IMG/VR virus record: IMGVR_UViG_3300014501_000015
Span: 5,710-69,709 of that record
DNA: 64,000 bases
Source: a virus
Direction: 5' to 3' (one strand)
Of the stretch, positions 63,882-64,000 are shown one piece after another. How positions within the stretch are numbered: the stretch's first letter is position 1; the number at the start of each line of letters is the position of its first letter. The notes under the pieces were generated by a model. It was not told where the DNA came from. It did no database searches and saw nothing but the letters and a program-made list of their open reading frames with translations. A program made the position numbers and the translations under genes.

Positions 63882-64000
63882 CCCGCCGCTTTCTGCCGGG
63901 TCCAGACCCTAGGTCTAGTGGTTACCACCGGACCCCTCCCCCGGAAGGCTTAGAAACGCCCACAGCGACCTCTCAAGCGAACCCACGCCCGTCCCTGGTG

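Noticed and set aside
1-64000. Integrase, att site, host flank, rRNA or tRNA
   Set aside because: None recognised; lifestyle and genome ends cannot be determined from this window

Overview
64 kb of a GC-rich, long-tailed dsDNA phage or prophage of an actinobacterium. WhiB, an Rpf-like protein, leaderless promoters and an endolysin binding repeat suggest this host, probably Acidimicrobiia. Layout: helicase end, DNA methyltransferase, RusA, ParB-like and ATPase-acetyltransferase genes (1-4.5 kb); a leftward ASCH/DUF3560 block and divergent promoters (4.5-6.7 kb); a mosaic of small coupled genes with boundary repeats (6.7-15 kb); terminase with intein, Rpf, portal and head genes, with fibre and glycosyltransferase genes before the capsid gene (15-39 kb); tail (39-56 kb); lysis (56-60 kb); YqaJ/RecT/exonuclease (60.9-63.9 kb). 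I saw no integrase, tRNA or CRISPR array. Strongest signals: (1) a terminase intein whose HNH endonuclease is a separate gene nested in the -1 frame, with a candidate internal leaderless promoter, while the intein frame stays open; (2) a covarying 36-nt twin GCA-triloop hairpin in the leaders of the putative head-maturation and capsid genes; (3) one ~65-aa module inserted in five virion proteins; (4) a candidate gene nested in the Rpf linker; (5) exact RBS+start repeats and 12-24-codon linker ORFs. All calls come from reading motifs by eye; no searches were run.
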